Below are positions 42,495 through 55,639 of a stretch of 64,000 bases of DNA, piece after piece. The position numbers were made by a program, and so were the translations under genes. A model generated the notes under the pieces. The model saw only the letters and a program-made list of their open reading frames with translations. It ran no database searches and had not been told where the DNA came from. Each line of letters begins with the position of its first letter. Within the stretch, counting starts at the first letter, position 1. Source of the DNA: the human T2T-CHM13v2.0 reference genome, Homo sapiens; the NCBI RefSeq assembly GCF_009914755.1, contig NC_060926.1; one strand, given 5' to 3'.

Positions 42495-45149
42495 CCTCTT
42501 GCATCTTGGTGTTATCTCCACACCCAGGCTCAGCATAGTGAAACACACAGAGTTGTTTTGCCTGTGTTCTGCCATCACTCAGCTTGATCCTGGAAAGTAG
42601 TCAGAAATGTCAAATTTAAGACAAAACTAAAGTTAGAACTGTAGGTTTTGCCTCTGTTCTCCAGACTGCATAACTCTCTTGTCAACTGTTTCCTATATTT
42701 AAAATCAGCCAACCAAAATAGGCGGAATCATTCTTGGTAATACTGTTAGCAATCATGACTAGGGAACAAAGCCCTGCTACCTTAGAAAATCCAGCCCTTG
42801 CTGTGTGATGAAGACCCTTCCCTTACAAGAGAGCACAAGTGCAAATATTCAAGGAATCTATTCCAATTAATCTCTATTACTATAATGATTTTAGACTCAT
42901 TATGTTGGAAAGAAGCCATGAAGAATGGAGTGGGGCATGGTCCTCACAGGGCCACAACAATAACTGAGGGTGAAGGCTCAGGCTCCCTGGAGAGATCGAC
43001 TGGAGGGGATCAAAGCCAACTGACCCTCAGTGACAAATGGACAGTAACCATTGACCCTTGTAATTTATATTTAGCATTCCTAGTACATACAAATGTGATA
43101 ATCAGGTACAGAAGCTAAAAACACATTTTCCCTTTTTCTAAAAGAAAAAGATGAATGCTATCATATACAAATTACGGTAGGTTTCCCAAATATCAATTTT
43201 TTAAACATCTTTTTCTAAGGAAAATTTATCACAATTTCCAAAACATTATTTTTCTTTGTTCATATGCTTTGAATGTAATCTATATTTGGATGTGCAAAAT
43301 GTATTACCTTAATGCTGCCTCCTGAGTGATAAATCTTCAGAATCAGCCACATGAATATGAGAAATAAATGAGTTTGGGATTTTTGGTTTTCGCGTTTTTG
43401 CTCTATAATAAAATCTTGTTTAATTTTGGTACTTAACCATTAACCTTATTCAACAGACATGAATCTTATTGACACAGTTGTTTAAAAAGTCAAATTCATC
43501 TTTAAAGGGCAAAGTTTGGTTGCCACGAACACTATCCAATAAAAAGAATCCTAGATGTGAAGAGAAATCCACAGGTGGCACCAGGAAAACAATTGTTGCA
43601 TATACAGTTTTTGTTCAGCTACATTTGAAGACTATTTCCTAAACTGGAATGGTTGGGGTTGAAAACACATGTACCTAGAAATTATGCTACATGTATTCAT
43701 AAGGACTGTATCATGAACATGAAAATCAACAGAATGGTCATTAACATCTCTGATTCCAAAAGATAACCAGTGTCATCTATCATATTGTAATGATGTTTAT
43801 TTCACCTGAGAGTTTTTCCAATAAGCCTTGGAATGAGAAAAGTCCTTTAGGAGAGGACTTTCTTCTCTGTGTTCTTAGAAATCTGTCCTTTCCAACTGGT
43901 AAACTTCACATTCATTGTTTAGTTGTTACAAATTAATTTTGCTACTTGTCATTTCAGAGTTTTCTTTTCTTACAGGCATTTCAAGCATCTAGTGTTTAAT
44001 TTTCTTATCAAACAGTCACACATATAAACCTATTTATTCTGTCTCAAATCTTTGTTTTCTATATTTAATATATGAATGAGTATGAGTGTGTATGCATGTG
44101 TGTTTGGGCAGGTGAGTAGGTGGTTGTGTGTGTGAAGGTACTTTTATGTGATAAATATAAGCTTCTAAAGGGAAATGTTCTGACTCATAAAATTTATACA
44201 GGGATTTCAAATTCTATTTCTTATTATGCCTGTCTGAATCTATAAATTGTTAAAATCTATTTAATATTTTTGCAAGGGAATACATTTTCTGCTACTTTTC
44301 TTTGTTGCAGAAATAACTTACCACTTCAAGCACAGTTTTCCTGTGTTTCTGTTTGTTTAGGTTTAGGGCTTGGGTGGGAGTTCCTTGTATTGTGTGGTTT
44401 TCTAAAAGCAGAATATAATGTTTTCGTATAGTTCTATTAAACTGAAATCAAGAACTCTATGGTATGAGTAAAATTTGAAGGTGATTCTAATTCAATTCTT
44501 TATGTAGTCAAATCCCAATGTCACCACATTTGAGTAATCCAACTTACTGTTTTTTTCATAGTGAGTTGAATTAATATTGAATTGATGATACCTAATTTTG
44601 ATTTCTTTTTAGCTGTGAAAAAGGACTTTCAATTTTTCTGCCATTCTTCATGTGCAATGACCAAGTCTTTTCTTCACTCTGATCAATTTCTCCAGCCACA
44701 TTTTAGCATAGGCCCGTCTTAAGAGATAGTTTCCATACATCAACCTGCTTCTCTGAGTGAGAGAATAGAAGTCCTTAACTGGAAGAATTAAAACAAAACA
44801 AAACACCTGAAATCAGGTCTCTTTTTCATAAATTAGAAGGAATGGGTAGGAGTGGCTGGTTTAAAGACTACTGCTGTCTCATCACGACTTCCATTGAGTT
44901 GGTCAATAATGACAAATTAATTTTAACAAAGAAACACTTTTCTCACTCATTTTCTCATTTGTATCCCCACTATGGCATTGATATAGCTCAGGCCTCTAAC
45001 ATCTCTCATCTTGGCTGATGCAAAAACTGCCTCATTGGTATCTATTCTTCCAGCCATGCTCCAGCCACCCACACTTCGGCAGTGGCCCACTCCATTTCCA
45101 TCATCAACACAGCTGTCAGAAGAATCTCCCTAATGTAAATCTAAAAGTG

Positions 45150-45378
45150 CTACTACTGACTAGCATGTATCAAATACTTGCTATGAGCTTTATCCACATT
45201 TCCCAAATTCTCCAAATAGCCCCTCAAAGTAGTAATTGTTATCTTATTCTACGGACAATAATACCAAATTTAGAGAGGGTGGTTAAATTTTCTGAGATCG
45301 TACATCTAGTAAATAGAGAAGCTGGCATTTGAACACAGGTCTGTTACATCCAAAAGCCACACTCATTACACTACACTA
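45150..45378 (-). mobile_element. MIR SINE
   Basis: AGAGAGGGTGGTTAAATT...CATCTAGTAAAT...GCTGGCATTTGAAC core. Confidence 0.7.
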
Positions 45379-45557
45379 GGGTCCATCTATTACTTTCCAG
45401 CCTCATCAGCTGCCGTTTTCCTCCCCATACAGTGACTTTTAGCAATTTATGTTTTTTTAATTTATTATTCTCTCTCATATTTCTTTTGTTTTTGACCACA
45501 GTGCCCTTTCCTCATTTTTGTCTGAAGATAAGTATATGGAAAACAATAATGAAATGG

Positions 45558-46480
45558 TATGTTTTTCCTAGGGCTTCTGTAACAAACTGGGTGACATAAA
45601 ACAAAAGAAATTTTATCTCTCAGTTCTGGAGGTTAAAAGTCCAAAATCAAGGTGTTGGCAGAGGCATGCCATCTCTCTGCCTGCTTCTGGACTTTGCCAG
45701 CAATCCTGGGGATTCTTTGATTTGCATTTGTATAATTGTTGCCTCTGTGATCACAGTGCCATCTTCCTTCTGTGTGTCTTTGTGTTTCCATGCATTTCTT
45801 CTTCTTTTTTATTTTTTTAAGTTCTGGGATACGTATACAGGATATACAGGTTTGTTACATAGGTAAACGTGTGCCATGGTGGTTTGCTGCACCTATCAAC
45901 CCATCACCTAGGTATTAAGCCCAGCATATATTAGCTGTTTTTCCTGATGCTCTCCCTCCCCTACCGCCACCCCAACAGGCCCCAGTGTGTGTTATTCCCA
46001 TCCCTGTGTCCATGTGTTCACATTGTTCAGCTCCCATTTATAAGTGATAATGTGCAGTGTTTGGTTTTCTTCTCCTGCGTTAGTTTGCTGAGGATGATGG
46101 CTTCCAGCTCCATTCGTGTCCAGGCAAAGGACATGATTTTGTTCCTTTTTATGGCTGCATAGTATTCCATGGTGTATATGTGCCACATTTTCTTTATCCA
46201 GTCTATCATTGATGGGTATTTGGGTTGATTCCATGTCTTTGCTATTGTGAATAGTATTGCAATGAACATATCCATGCATATATCTTCATAATTGTCTCTC
46301 CTCTTCTTATAAAACCATCAGTCATATTGGATTAAGGGCCCACCCTGTTTCAGCATAAGCTTATCTTAAATTACATTTTAGGTACATCTGCAAAGACCTT
46401 ATTTCCAAATAGGGTCATCTTCATAGGTACCAGGAATTGGGACTTCAACATGTTTCTGGGGACACAACTCAACCTACCAT
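45558..46480 (-). mobile_element. MLT1B/C MaLR LTR interrupted by an L1PA
   Basis: CCTAGGGCTTCTGTAACAAA...CAGTTCTGGAGG; CATATTGGATTAAGGGCCCACCC...GGGGACACAACTCAACC. Confidence 0.8.
45800..46290 (-). mobile_element. L1PA LINE-1 3' fragment (ORF2 C-terminus plus 3'UTR)
   Basis: ORF 46027..46275 MFIAILFTIAKTWNQPKYPSMIDWIKKMWHIYTMEYYAAIK is the L1 ORF2p C-terminus. Confidence 0.93.
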
Positions 46481-46969
46481 AAATGGTAACTGACACCAAT
46501 AATTTTAAAACAACAAATTATAGTTGACATGTGACTAACAAATTCACACTAACTGTCAGCTGTTAAAACTTAGTTGAAGTATTACTTCCCCTTAAGCAAC
46601 TTTCCTCATACCTCCTCTCCATCTCACATTTTAGGCAGAGATAGATGTCGCCTCCTTAATGCTCTAGGTCCTTATAATATTTCTACCATAATATTAAGAC
46701 ATGTTATAATTATTTATGTGCCAATATCTCCCCCTCCAGAGTATGAAATCAGAGAATCTGTCTTATTCAGCTTTTTAGCCTTAGCACCTCACATCATGAC
46801 TAGCATGTAGCAGACATGCACTGTATAGTTGCTTTATTAAATTTATTATCTGACGCATTGTCAAATTGATAGATATCATAATGCCAACAGGTTTCCATTT
46901 ATTGTGTACTTTTTATATAGCCAGGCATTATCTAAGTATCAAGAATTATGAAAAGTCTGAGAGTATTAT

Positions 46970-47410
46970 TTTTTAACCAGTTAGCCTACCATTGTTTTAT
47001 AGATGCTGGCAGAAAAGAATAGACTTCAGGGTCACAGATGAAGGACTTTATTATTTATAGCAGAGCAGGAAGCATGAGCCTCAAGTCTGCATCTATTCTT
47101 TACCTACCGGGATCTCCAGGGACATTATACTCACATAAGTGCTGCTCATAGAGTCGGTTTGTATCACAACTAAGGAACACCAAGTTTAGAAAACTCCAAT
47201 GTTTTAAAGAGGGTTGCTAGCAAACTTGCCTAACCTTTGTCCTAGAGGGCGATATCATCTTAATAAAGACAATATTCCTGACCTCTGCCCTGATGGGAGA
47301 CATTATCTCTGTCTTCCAAGGCTGTTTCCTATACAAACATCATTAAAAAGATAGTCCAGAACAAAAGTTAATACAAGACATGCAGAAAGGCCCTGAATTG
47401 TCTCCCAACA
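46970..47410 (-). mobile_element. LTR40-like ERVL LTR
   Basis: Minus strand begins TGTTGGGAGACAATTC; minus-strand AATAAA in GACTTTATTA. Confidence 0.65.
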
Positions 47411-49284
47411 ATAAGTGTTTTATATCCATCAACTCACTTTCTCTTTACTTATCATATTTCATGCCCCTTTCTAGATAAGCAAACTAATGCAGTTATCTCA
47501 TGACATAGATATTAAGTTGCGTGACACTTAGTAATTTCATGGGTTTCCTTTGATTTTTTGTTCAGGACATCAGAAAATCGTTACATCTCACTGTTTTGAT
47601 TTCATGAATGTGTAGTGCTGGGAACTGTTTCATGTTATTTTATCCTCTTCAAAACAACTCTAAAATACAAGTATGCTAGGAATAAAATCTGTGCCTACCT
47701 CATTAAGGTGGTGCCAATATTAAATGAGTTAACAAAAGGAAAGCACTTTCTGTAGTGCCTTGCATTTGTTAAGTGCTCAATAAATCATAGATACTATTTT
47801 ATAGATTGTTAAATGGGGCATAGAATGATTAGATGCTTATACAAAGTGACAAATGTGTATCAAAGGTGAGATTTGAGTACAACATGTCTAACATCAGGGT
47901 TGACTCTCCTAAACACAACAATATGATAGTGTTACTCCTTATACTTGTTATCCTCCTCTTCATGCTGTCTAACACCAGCTCTTCTGTACAATGCTTCATT
48001 TCCCTGATAACCTTTCTATCTTGGTTCTAGTTCCCTTTCATTTTTGACCCTTCGCACTGCTTTGTGGATCTCAGTGTAATGATGCCTCTCTGGAAGTCAG
48101 ATTCTTAGCCTCCACTGACTGTCTCATATACATTGGGCATCTCCAGGGAGGCAGATATGGCACACCATATGCTGGACACTTATACACCTTTCCAAGTCTT
48201 CATACCCTTTGTTAGAAAAGGCTTTCAAATGCAGTGATTCTCAAGCTCCTGGGTGCAGCCTCGGTGTGGTATGAAATACATAGAATGTATCAGAAACAGT
48301 AATGAAATAGACTGCAATGAGACAAAACTGAATAAAATGGAGAATGTTAGAGTGCATCATACATGAGAAAGGTAAATAGTGTCCTTGTGTGTGTCTGTGT
48401 GTGTACATGCGTTACCTGGTCCCAATAGAAATTGTCAAAGGTTTGAAAGCCACTTCTTCAGTAAAATTACATATGCAGAAATCTGCCTACTGGTAAAACC
48501 TCTTCACTCTAGAATCTAAATATCTGATCTAAATATTTTGTTATTATTATTTATTATTATTATATTTCCTTTTCAAACTCTTTTTAGGCTATGGTAGACA
48601 ACTTGCCATCAAATTACTATCAACTACATTACTCTAACCTACTTTTCCCCCAGTATTGTTGCCCACTGGGAATTTTTCCAGTAGGCAGTCTACCTGATAG
48701 CATTTTAGAGTCATGCACATATCTCCAACATCCTACATGATCAAGGAATATCGATTGAGGTTCTAACACAATTAATTTGGCTCAACCATTATATTGTCTT
48801 ATTTAGTCTGAGAAATATCTTAGTATTAATAAGAATAAGTCCATTTTCTTTTTTTCCTAGATATAAACACATACAATGTTCATGCTAATAAAAAACTCTT
48901 CTCCAAGGATGACCATATCTCTATGTTGTTCACACTCAGTCGGCTTCTTATTGAATTTTCTTGTAATGTACTCATATATTGGGATCTATCTTTCAAACAC
49001 ATTTCCTTAACTTTAATTAATAATCAATTAGAAATTATGAATTAGTCTGTCATTTATCTGATTTTTTCAATGCAAATGTCTCCTTTGATGGAAGACCCAT
49101 ATCTTCCAAACCGGTATCTACCCCCCAAAAATGGGAGACTCAAAATAATGCAAGGCATGGTGCCTACTCAAGAACTCACAAAGCATCCTAGAAATGGAAA
49201 CTTTATTAAAATGAAAAAAAAAGAGAGTTCACAAAGCATAATACATGAGACTCCATAATGGATAAAACTATACACTTTGGTGGT

Positions 49285-49600
49285 GTTAGGAGCTGGATTA
49301 TGTCTTCCCTCAGAATTCATGTGTTGAAATCTAACCCACAGTGCCTCAGTATGTGACTATATTTGGAGATAGTCTTTAAAGATGTTTCTAAGGTAAAATG
49401 GAGGTGATTCATGTAGGCCCTAATCCAATATGGCTGGTGTATTTATAAGAAGTGATTAGGACACAGACACACACAGCAAAAAGACAACGTGAAGACACAG
49501 AATGAAAATGGCCATCTATAAACTAAGGAGAGAGACTTCAGAAGAAACCAACCCTGATGCCGCCTTGATCTCAGACTTACAGCCTCCAGAATTGTGATAA
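49285..49600 (+). mobile_element. MLT1A MaLR LTR, 3'-truncated into a short (GATA)n
   Basis: GAATTCATGTGTTGAAATCTAACCC, GGCCCTAATCCAATATG, CCTTGATCTCAGACTT.CAGCCTCCAGAA. Confidence 0.85.
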
Positions 49601-49782
49601 ATAGATAGATAGATAATCATAATCAATATGTAGATACACAGATTCTTTTTAACAATTCACTACTGAATGTCATTAGGAGATATGGCAAATTGCAGACTGA
49701 AGCAATAAATTATGATGTATTCTATTACAGAAGCCAAAAACTGAAATAAGGAGAATACTAATTTAAAATTCAAATTAAGTTT

Positions 49783-51416
49783 GGGGGATGGTGTGTGCCC
49801 TGATGGGGTGCGCTGAGCGAGCCAGGAGGCACGGAGTCACTGCAGAGCGCAGGGTTTCTTGACCACGTGGACAATGTAAATTTGAATTCTAGATCCAAGT
49901 AAGAATAAGGAAGTGGCACCCAATCCTCTGAGTTCTGATCTCCCAGGCTTGGCCTACAAGTTTTTTTGTTTGCTTTCCTGTTGCATCTTTGATACCATTT
50001 CCTAGAGGCTGCTCCATGATTTAACTTGAAATTCTGAAACAAAGATAGAGGAGGCAGTGGGAAAACTCGAATAACTCATTGAGTCTGAAGTCCCACCAAA
50101 AACATCTGAACAAGAGACAGCGAAGGAGGAAGATGAATCTGTAGAACTGGAATCTCAAGTTCAGAAAGACGGTGTAGCAGATTCTGCAGTTCTTTCTTCA
50201 ATGCCCTGCTTGTTGATGGAGCTGAGAAGAGACTCTTCTGAGTCTCAGCATCCACAGAGAGTGACAAGCCTACAACTGGCCAAGTTTATGAGAGTGACTC
50301 CTCTAATCACTGCATGCTTTGCCCTTCTTCTAGTGATCACCTGGCTGATTCAGACACGTTGTCTTCCGCAGAAGAGAATGAACCCTCTCAGGCAGAAACA
50401 GCGGTAGAAGGAGACCCTTCAGGAGTGTCTGGTGCCACAGTTGGGCGCAAGTCTAGGAGGTCCCGATCTAAAAGTGAAACATCCACTATGGCTGCCAAGA
50501 AAAACTGGCAATCCAGTGATAAACAGAATGGGTTAAAGGTCATTGGAGCCAAAAGCACAAGGAGAGGATCAGACTACTGAGGCACGAACGGGAGGTTGCT
50601 GCAAGCAGTACAACCTGCTGCAGGACAGTAAGTAGTACCAGTGACAGTGACCTGACTTGTGACAAGCACGAGCTCATCAGATGATGATGAAGAGGTTTCA
50701 GGGAGCAGCAAGACAATCACTGCAGAGATACCAGATGGACCTCCAGTTGTAGCTCATTATGATATGTCTGACACCAGCTCTGACCCGGAAGTGGTAACTG
50801 TGTACAATTTATCGGCGGCCGCAGTAGTTCAAGAGCACAATAATTCTATAGGCGGCCAGGACACAGGAGCTACCTGGAGGACCAGCTGGCTTCTAGAGGA
50901 GCTGAATGCAGAGGCAGGTCATTTGCATCCAGGATTCCTAGCAAGTGACAAAATATCTGCCGGCAATGCACCGCTCAATGAAGAAATTAATATTGCCTCT
51001 TCAGATAGTGAAGTAGAGATTGTGGGAGTTCAGGAACATGCAAGGTGTGTTCATCCTCGAGGTGGTGTGATTTGGAGTGCTTCTTCGTGGAAGCATGGCT
51101 CGGGCACACAGTATCTTAGCACCAGGCAGACACAGTCATGGAACTGCTGTGAGCCCCCAGCAGACTTGGGCTTCACCAGCAGAAGTTATTGACCTTATCT
51201 CGGATGAGGATAGCAGGCATAAATACCTACTGTGACACAATGTCACTGTGTTTCTCCTGCACTGTTCCCTTCCAATTCCTCATCTTCTTTGTGTCATGGA
51301 AGTTCATTGTCATGGCTTCAGCTTCAGAAGCTGTTTGTGGCATTTGTAGGATTCAAACTCATGGAAAATTCCCTCCTTTCCTCCTCTTCTTAATTAAAAG
51401 AAGTCAGGAAAAAAAA
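49783..51416 (+). pseudogene. ARK2N: Processed pseudogene (retrocopy) of ARK2N/C18orf25, Arkadia (RNF111) N-terminal-like protein; former CDS 50039-51235
   Basis: Consecutive frames translate to ARK2N ([127 protein letters not shown]) without introns. Start codons mutated (ACA/ATA), TAA at 50072-50074, frameshifts near 50249, 50531, 50606-50665 and 51142. ATTAAA at 51393, A tract at 51409-51416, degenerate TSD AAAATTCAAATTAAGTTT / AAAAGTAAATTAAATTT. The symbol is that of the parent gene. Confidence 0.93.
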
Positions 51417-51628
51417 GTAAATTAAATTTAAATAACCTGAAAAAAAATGATGGGAGAAACTCCTAAATTTTTACATTCTGGCATTCAGTATAACACTTTT
51501 ATCCATTTTAGCATCATATAGGCATTTAAAGGGAATTAAATATCTCTGGAACACAAGCAACAAAATTGAAAAAGTTAAACAATTTAATCAATAATGTGTG
51601 AAATATACAAAGTTCAAAAAAATTATTG

Positions 51629-51778
51629 AGGCCAGGCACTGTGGCTACTGCCTGTAATCCCAGCAGTTTGTGAGGCTAAGGCAGGAGGATCGCTGGAGGC
51701 CAGGAGTTTGAGACCAGCCTGGGCAACCTAGTGAGACCTTGTCTCTACAAAATATAAAAATACATAAAAAATAAAATA
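51629..51778 (+). mobile_element. FLAM_C / Alu left monomer
   Basis: GGCCAGGCACTGTGGCT...GAGACCTTGTCTCTACAAAA with no right arm. Confidence 0.85.
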
Positions 51779-53214
51779 GCCCTTGCAAAAAAAACAAAGT
51801 ATGGAAAAAAGAAAAAAAAACACAGTTTACATAATCTTCTAATTGTAAACTCATTTATTAAAGAAACAAAGGCTTTTTTTCTCTTTTCAAAAAGTTTGCT
51901 CCTGTTCATAGCTCGTACCCACTAAGCACTCAGAACACAGAAGAACCCTATAAGCATGCTCTGTGGAGCACAAGAGAACTTTTCTGGATGGAAGAATTGC
52001 TATATTAGTTTCCACTGTCTCTATATTAGATGTAAGGAAAAGAAAGCCACCCCAGTCCTTGCACAGCGAGCCACGCAGAATATGCACTAGATGCCTGCAA
52101 GTCATAAACTGGAATATGAGACCCTCCATCATCAAGTGTAGCCAGTGTTTCCGGGTTTACTTCTCTCTATTCCTCACCTTCTCTCTAGCTGTGCATCACT
52201 GTTTCATTTTCTAGTTCCTTGCTTTTTTCAGTGTTGGCTTTCTGTCCTCTTCCTACTTATACCTTTTTCTTCATCCAACACCCTATCATCAAAGTCACCA
52301 CTCTCCACTCCGCCAAGATTTTGCTTTCAAACCCCTCTGTGAAAACTTTTTGATTTTCTCAAGCCATATATAAATCATTGCAAGTTCATTGCACTAGGCG
52401 TACACATTTTTTATTTAATCTTTTCTACGTCTTAATGGAGCAGGCAGTAAATATTAAATGAAATATCACATGTAAAAATGCATGGCAATGGCTGAAGCTT
52501 AGTGGGCATTCAGTAAACATCATTAATATGATGATGATGTCTTAATCCATCTCTTATTCTCTGCTTAGCATAGTGTTCTGTACATGGCTGATCCTCAATA
52601 GATATTTATAGGCTATGTTATAGAAACACATATCTTGTCCAGAGACTCAAAGGTGAAAAAGTAATGTTTTTAAAATTTTATTATTTCAAAGTTTCTTTTC
52701 CCCCCAAGTGGTTGATATGTACTTTCAGTCAAATTGACTTTTTCTATCCTTTTCTGAAGCAATGAAAGCAGAATACTTAGCTGTTGAGAGAAAGGTAGGG
52801 TAACTGGTAAAATATATTAGTTAACACATTATTATCCTACTACAAGTGATTATAACTCATTGATTTATTTTCTGAACACTCCATTTAACATTGAATTGAT
52901 GAAATTTTAACAATTATAGGAGGCCTTCCCTGGGGAAAGGAAGAAAATTTTTCCTATTTATAAATTCTCCTCATAAAAAATTTTTCTTGTGTATACCTTT
53001 AGAGATACCTTAAGAATTTCACAACCAGATATAAAATATGGTTTACTCTTTTTGGAGAGTTATTAGGAAAAGATAGTTATGGCCTGGGAAAAGAAAAAGT
53101 AGTAAAATAATGCATAATAAGTACTGATTTTGCCACAAAGGCTTGATACAGATTAATAAAAGTGAAACAAAGCAAACCTTGGCCTCAAAATTATATTATT
53201 GTAGTATCTATAAG

Positions 53215-54172
53215 GACCAAAACCAGCTCGGTCGGTGTCTCACGCGTCCATGTGAAGAGACCACCAGACAGGTTTTGTGTGAGCAACAAGGCTATTTATT
53301 TCACCTGGGTGCAGGTGGGCTGAGTCCGAAAAAGGAGTCAGCAAAGGGTGGTGGGATTATCATTAGTTCTTATAGGTTTTGGGATAGGCAGTGGAGTTAG
53401 GAGCAATGTTTTGTGGGCAGGGGGTGGATCTCACAAAGTACATGCTCAAGGGTGGGGAGAATTACAAAGAACCTTCTTAAGAGTTGGGGAGATTACAAAG
53501 AACCTTCTTAAGGGTGGGGGAGATTACAAAGTACATTGATCAGTTAGGGTGGGGCAGAAACAAATCACAATGGTGGAATGTCATCAGTTAAGGCTATTTT
53601 CACTTCTTTTGTGTATCTTCAGTTGCTTCAGGCCATCTGGATGTATATGTGCAGGTCACAGGGGATATGATGGCTTAGCTTGGGCTCAGAGGCCTGACAG
53701 TCAGGGAGACCCTAACCCAGCAGTACTAGAGGAATTAAAGATACACACACAGAAATATAGAGGTGTGGAGTGGGAAATTAGGGGTCTCACAGCCTTCAGA
53801 GCTGAGAGCCTCGAACAGAGATTTACCCACGTATTTACTGACAGCAAGCCAGTGATAAGCACTGTTTCTATAGATTATAGGTTAACTAAAAGCATTTCTT
53901 ACGGGAAATAAAGGGATGGGCCGAAATAAAGTGATGGGTTTGGCTAGTTATCTGCAGCAGGAGCATGTCCTTAAGGCATAGATCACTCATGCTATTGTTT
54001 GTGGTTTAAGAACACCTTTAAGCTGTTTTCCGCCCTGGGTGGGCCAGGTGTTCCTTGCCCTCATTCCGGTAAACGCACAACCTTCCAGCGTGGGCATCAT
54101 GGCCATCATGAACATGTCACAGTGCTGCAGAGATTTTGTTTATGGCCAGTTTTGGGGGGCCTATTCCCAACA
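53215..54172 (-). mobile_element. MER9 (HERV-K9/HML-3) solo LTR interrupted by LTR7B near its 3' end
   Basis: Minus strand starts TGTTGGGAATAGGCCCCCCAAAACTGGCCATAAACAAAATCTCTGCAGCACTGTGACATG and ends GGGTTAGGGTCTCCC..[LTR7B]..CCGACCGAGCTGG. Confidence 0.88.
53236..53699 (-). mobile_element. LTR7B (HERV-H) solo LTR, 464 bp
   Basis: Minus strand TGTCAGGCCTCTGAGCCCAAGCTAAGCCATCATATCCCCTGTGACCTGCAC...CCTATAAGAAC...AATAAA...GGACGCGTGAGACA; 5-bp TSD GTCGG/GTCAG. Confidence 0.92.
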
Positions 54173-54658
54173 AACAAGGATGGAGGTAAGATGCCTTTTA
54201 GAGGAACCAAAACAAATAAGATGAGACTAAGGAAAGCAAGACTCAGCTAGTATAAAAGGAAGAAATTAATCAAAACCTATTTGGATATGGAGGCAGAATT
54301 CAGCATTTTCTAAGGCAACACTAGAAAACCATGAAACATTTGGATGGAGGAAAATGAAACAAAATGTACTTTTATTGTTTTCACAAAATACATTTTAGTA
54401 TGCATATCTGTAGCAAAGTCAAACACTATTACAAACATCTCATTCAAATTAAAGAGTACTGAGAATCTAAAAATTATTTTTAAGAAAGTAAGGGATAGTA
54501 GTAAATAAATATTCAGATTACTATTTTTGCTATATAAGATATGTAAAATATTGTTGCTATCGTCTGTATTTTATGTGCCAACTATATTGTTTTATTTTAA
54601 TGGAGGTAAAAATACACAGAATATGTACATACAGGTCACTCCAGATTTTTGTCTCTAG

Positions 54659-55100
<442 letters not shown>

Positions 55101-55639
55101 TGAAAACAAAATTTTTTTCTGAGAAAATGCAATTTAATTTTTACAGTTAGTATTTAAATAAAATAGAAAATGATGCCATTATTGTTGTGACAACTCAAGA
55201 AGTCTACAAATTGTCACATGTATCTACTTACTATTTTATGTTTTACCTTCTTTTTTTTTCTATTTCTGAGTCTAAAAACAACAGTATCTTTAAGATCATA
55301 CAATGCCTTCCTCTTAACATTTATGACATCATTTGAAATAATATTATGCAAACTCAACAGCTTTCTCCTAAATGCTATTAGCTTTATCCTAAGTCATTTC
55401 TTTGCTATCATATAAATGTAATTCTTCACCTGCTAAAATAATAATTTGTCATCTTATTTAGAAGGTTAAAAAATGAAGAATGAGCAGACAAAATTGTAGG
55501 AGGGATTATACCTTAGTAAGTATAGCTAAGTGGCTGGATTTACCTATGTAACTATAGGTACAAAGATATCCCTAGCATTCATAATTCAAATTTTCTACTC
55601 ACGGTTTTAGAGTTTGCTAATTTACTTTGAGTGCCTTTA

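Noticed and set aside
44590-44762. Plus-strand acceptor with branch point (CCTAAT...TTTCTTTTTAG) and weak donor GA|GTGAGA
   Set aside because: Isolated, weak donor, no ORF or partner exon.
46027-46275. 82-aa ORF with real protein similarity
   Set aside because: C-terminus of L1 ORF2p in a truncated L1PA; not a host gene.
50039-51235. Functional ARK2N gene
   Set aside because: No introns, start codons lost, in-frame stop and multiple frameshifts; called a processed pseudogene.
53420-53545. Four ~31-bp tandem units in LTR7B as a locus-specific expansion
   Set aside because: U3 tandem repeats are a normal HERV-H LTR feature and the overall length fits a standard LTR7B.
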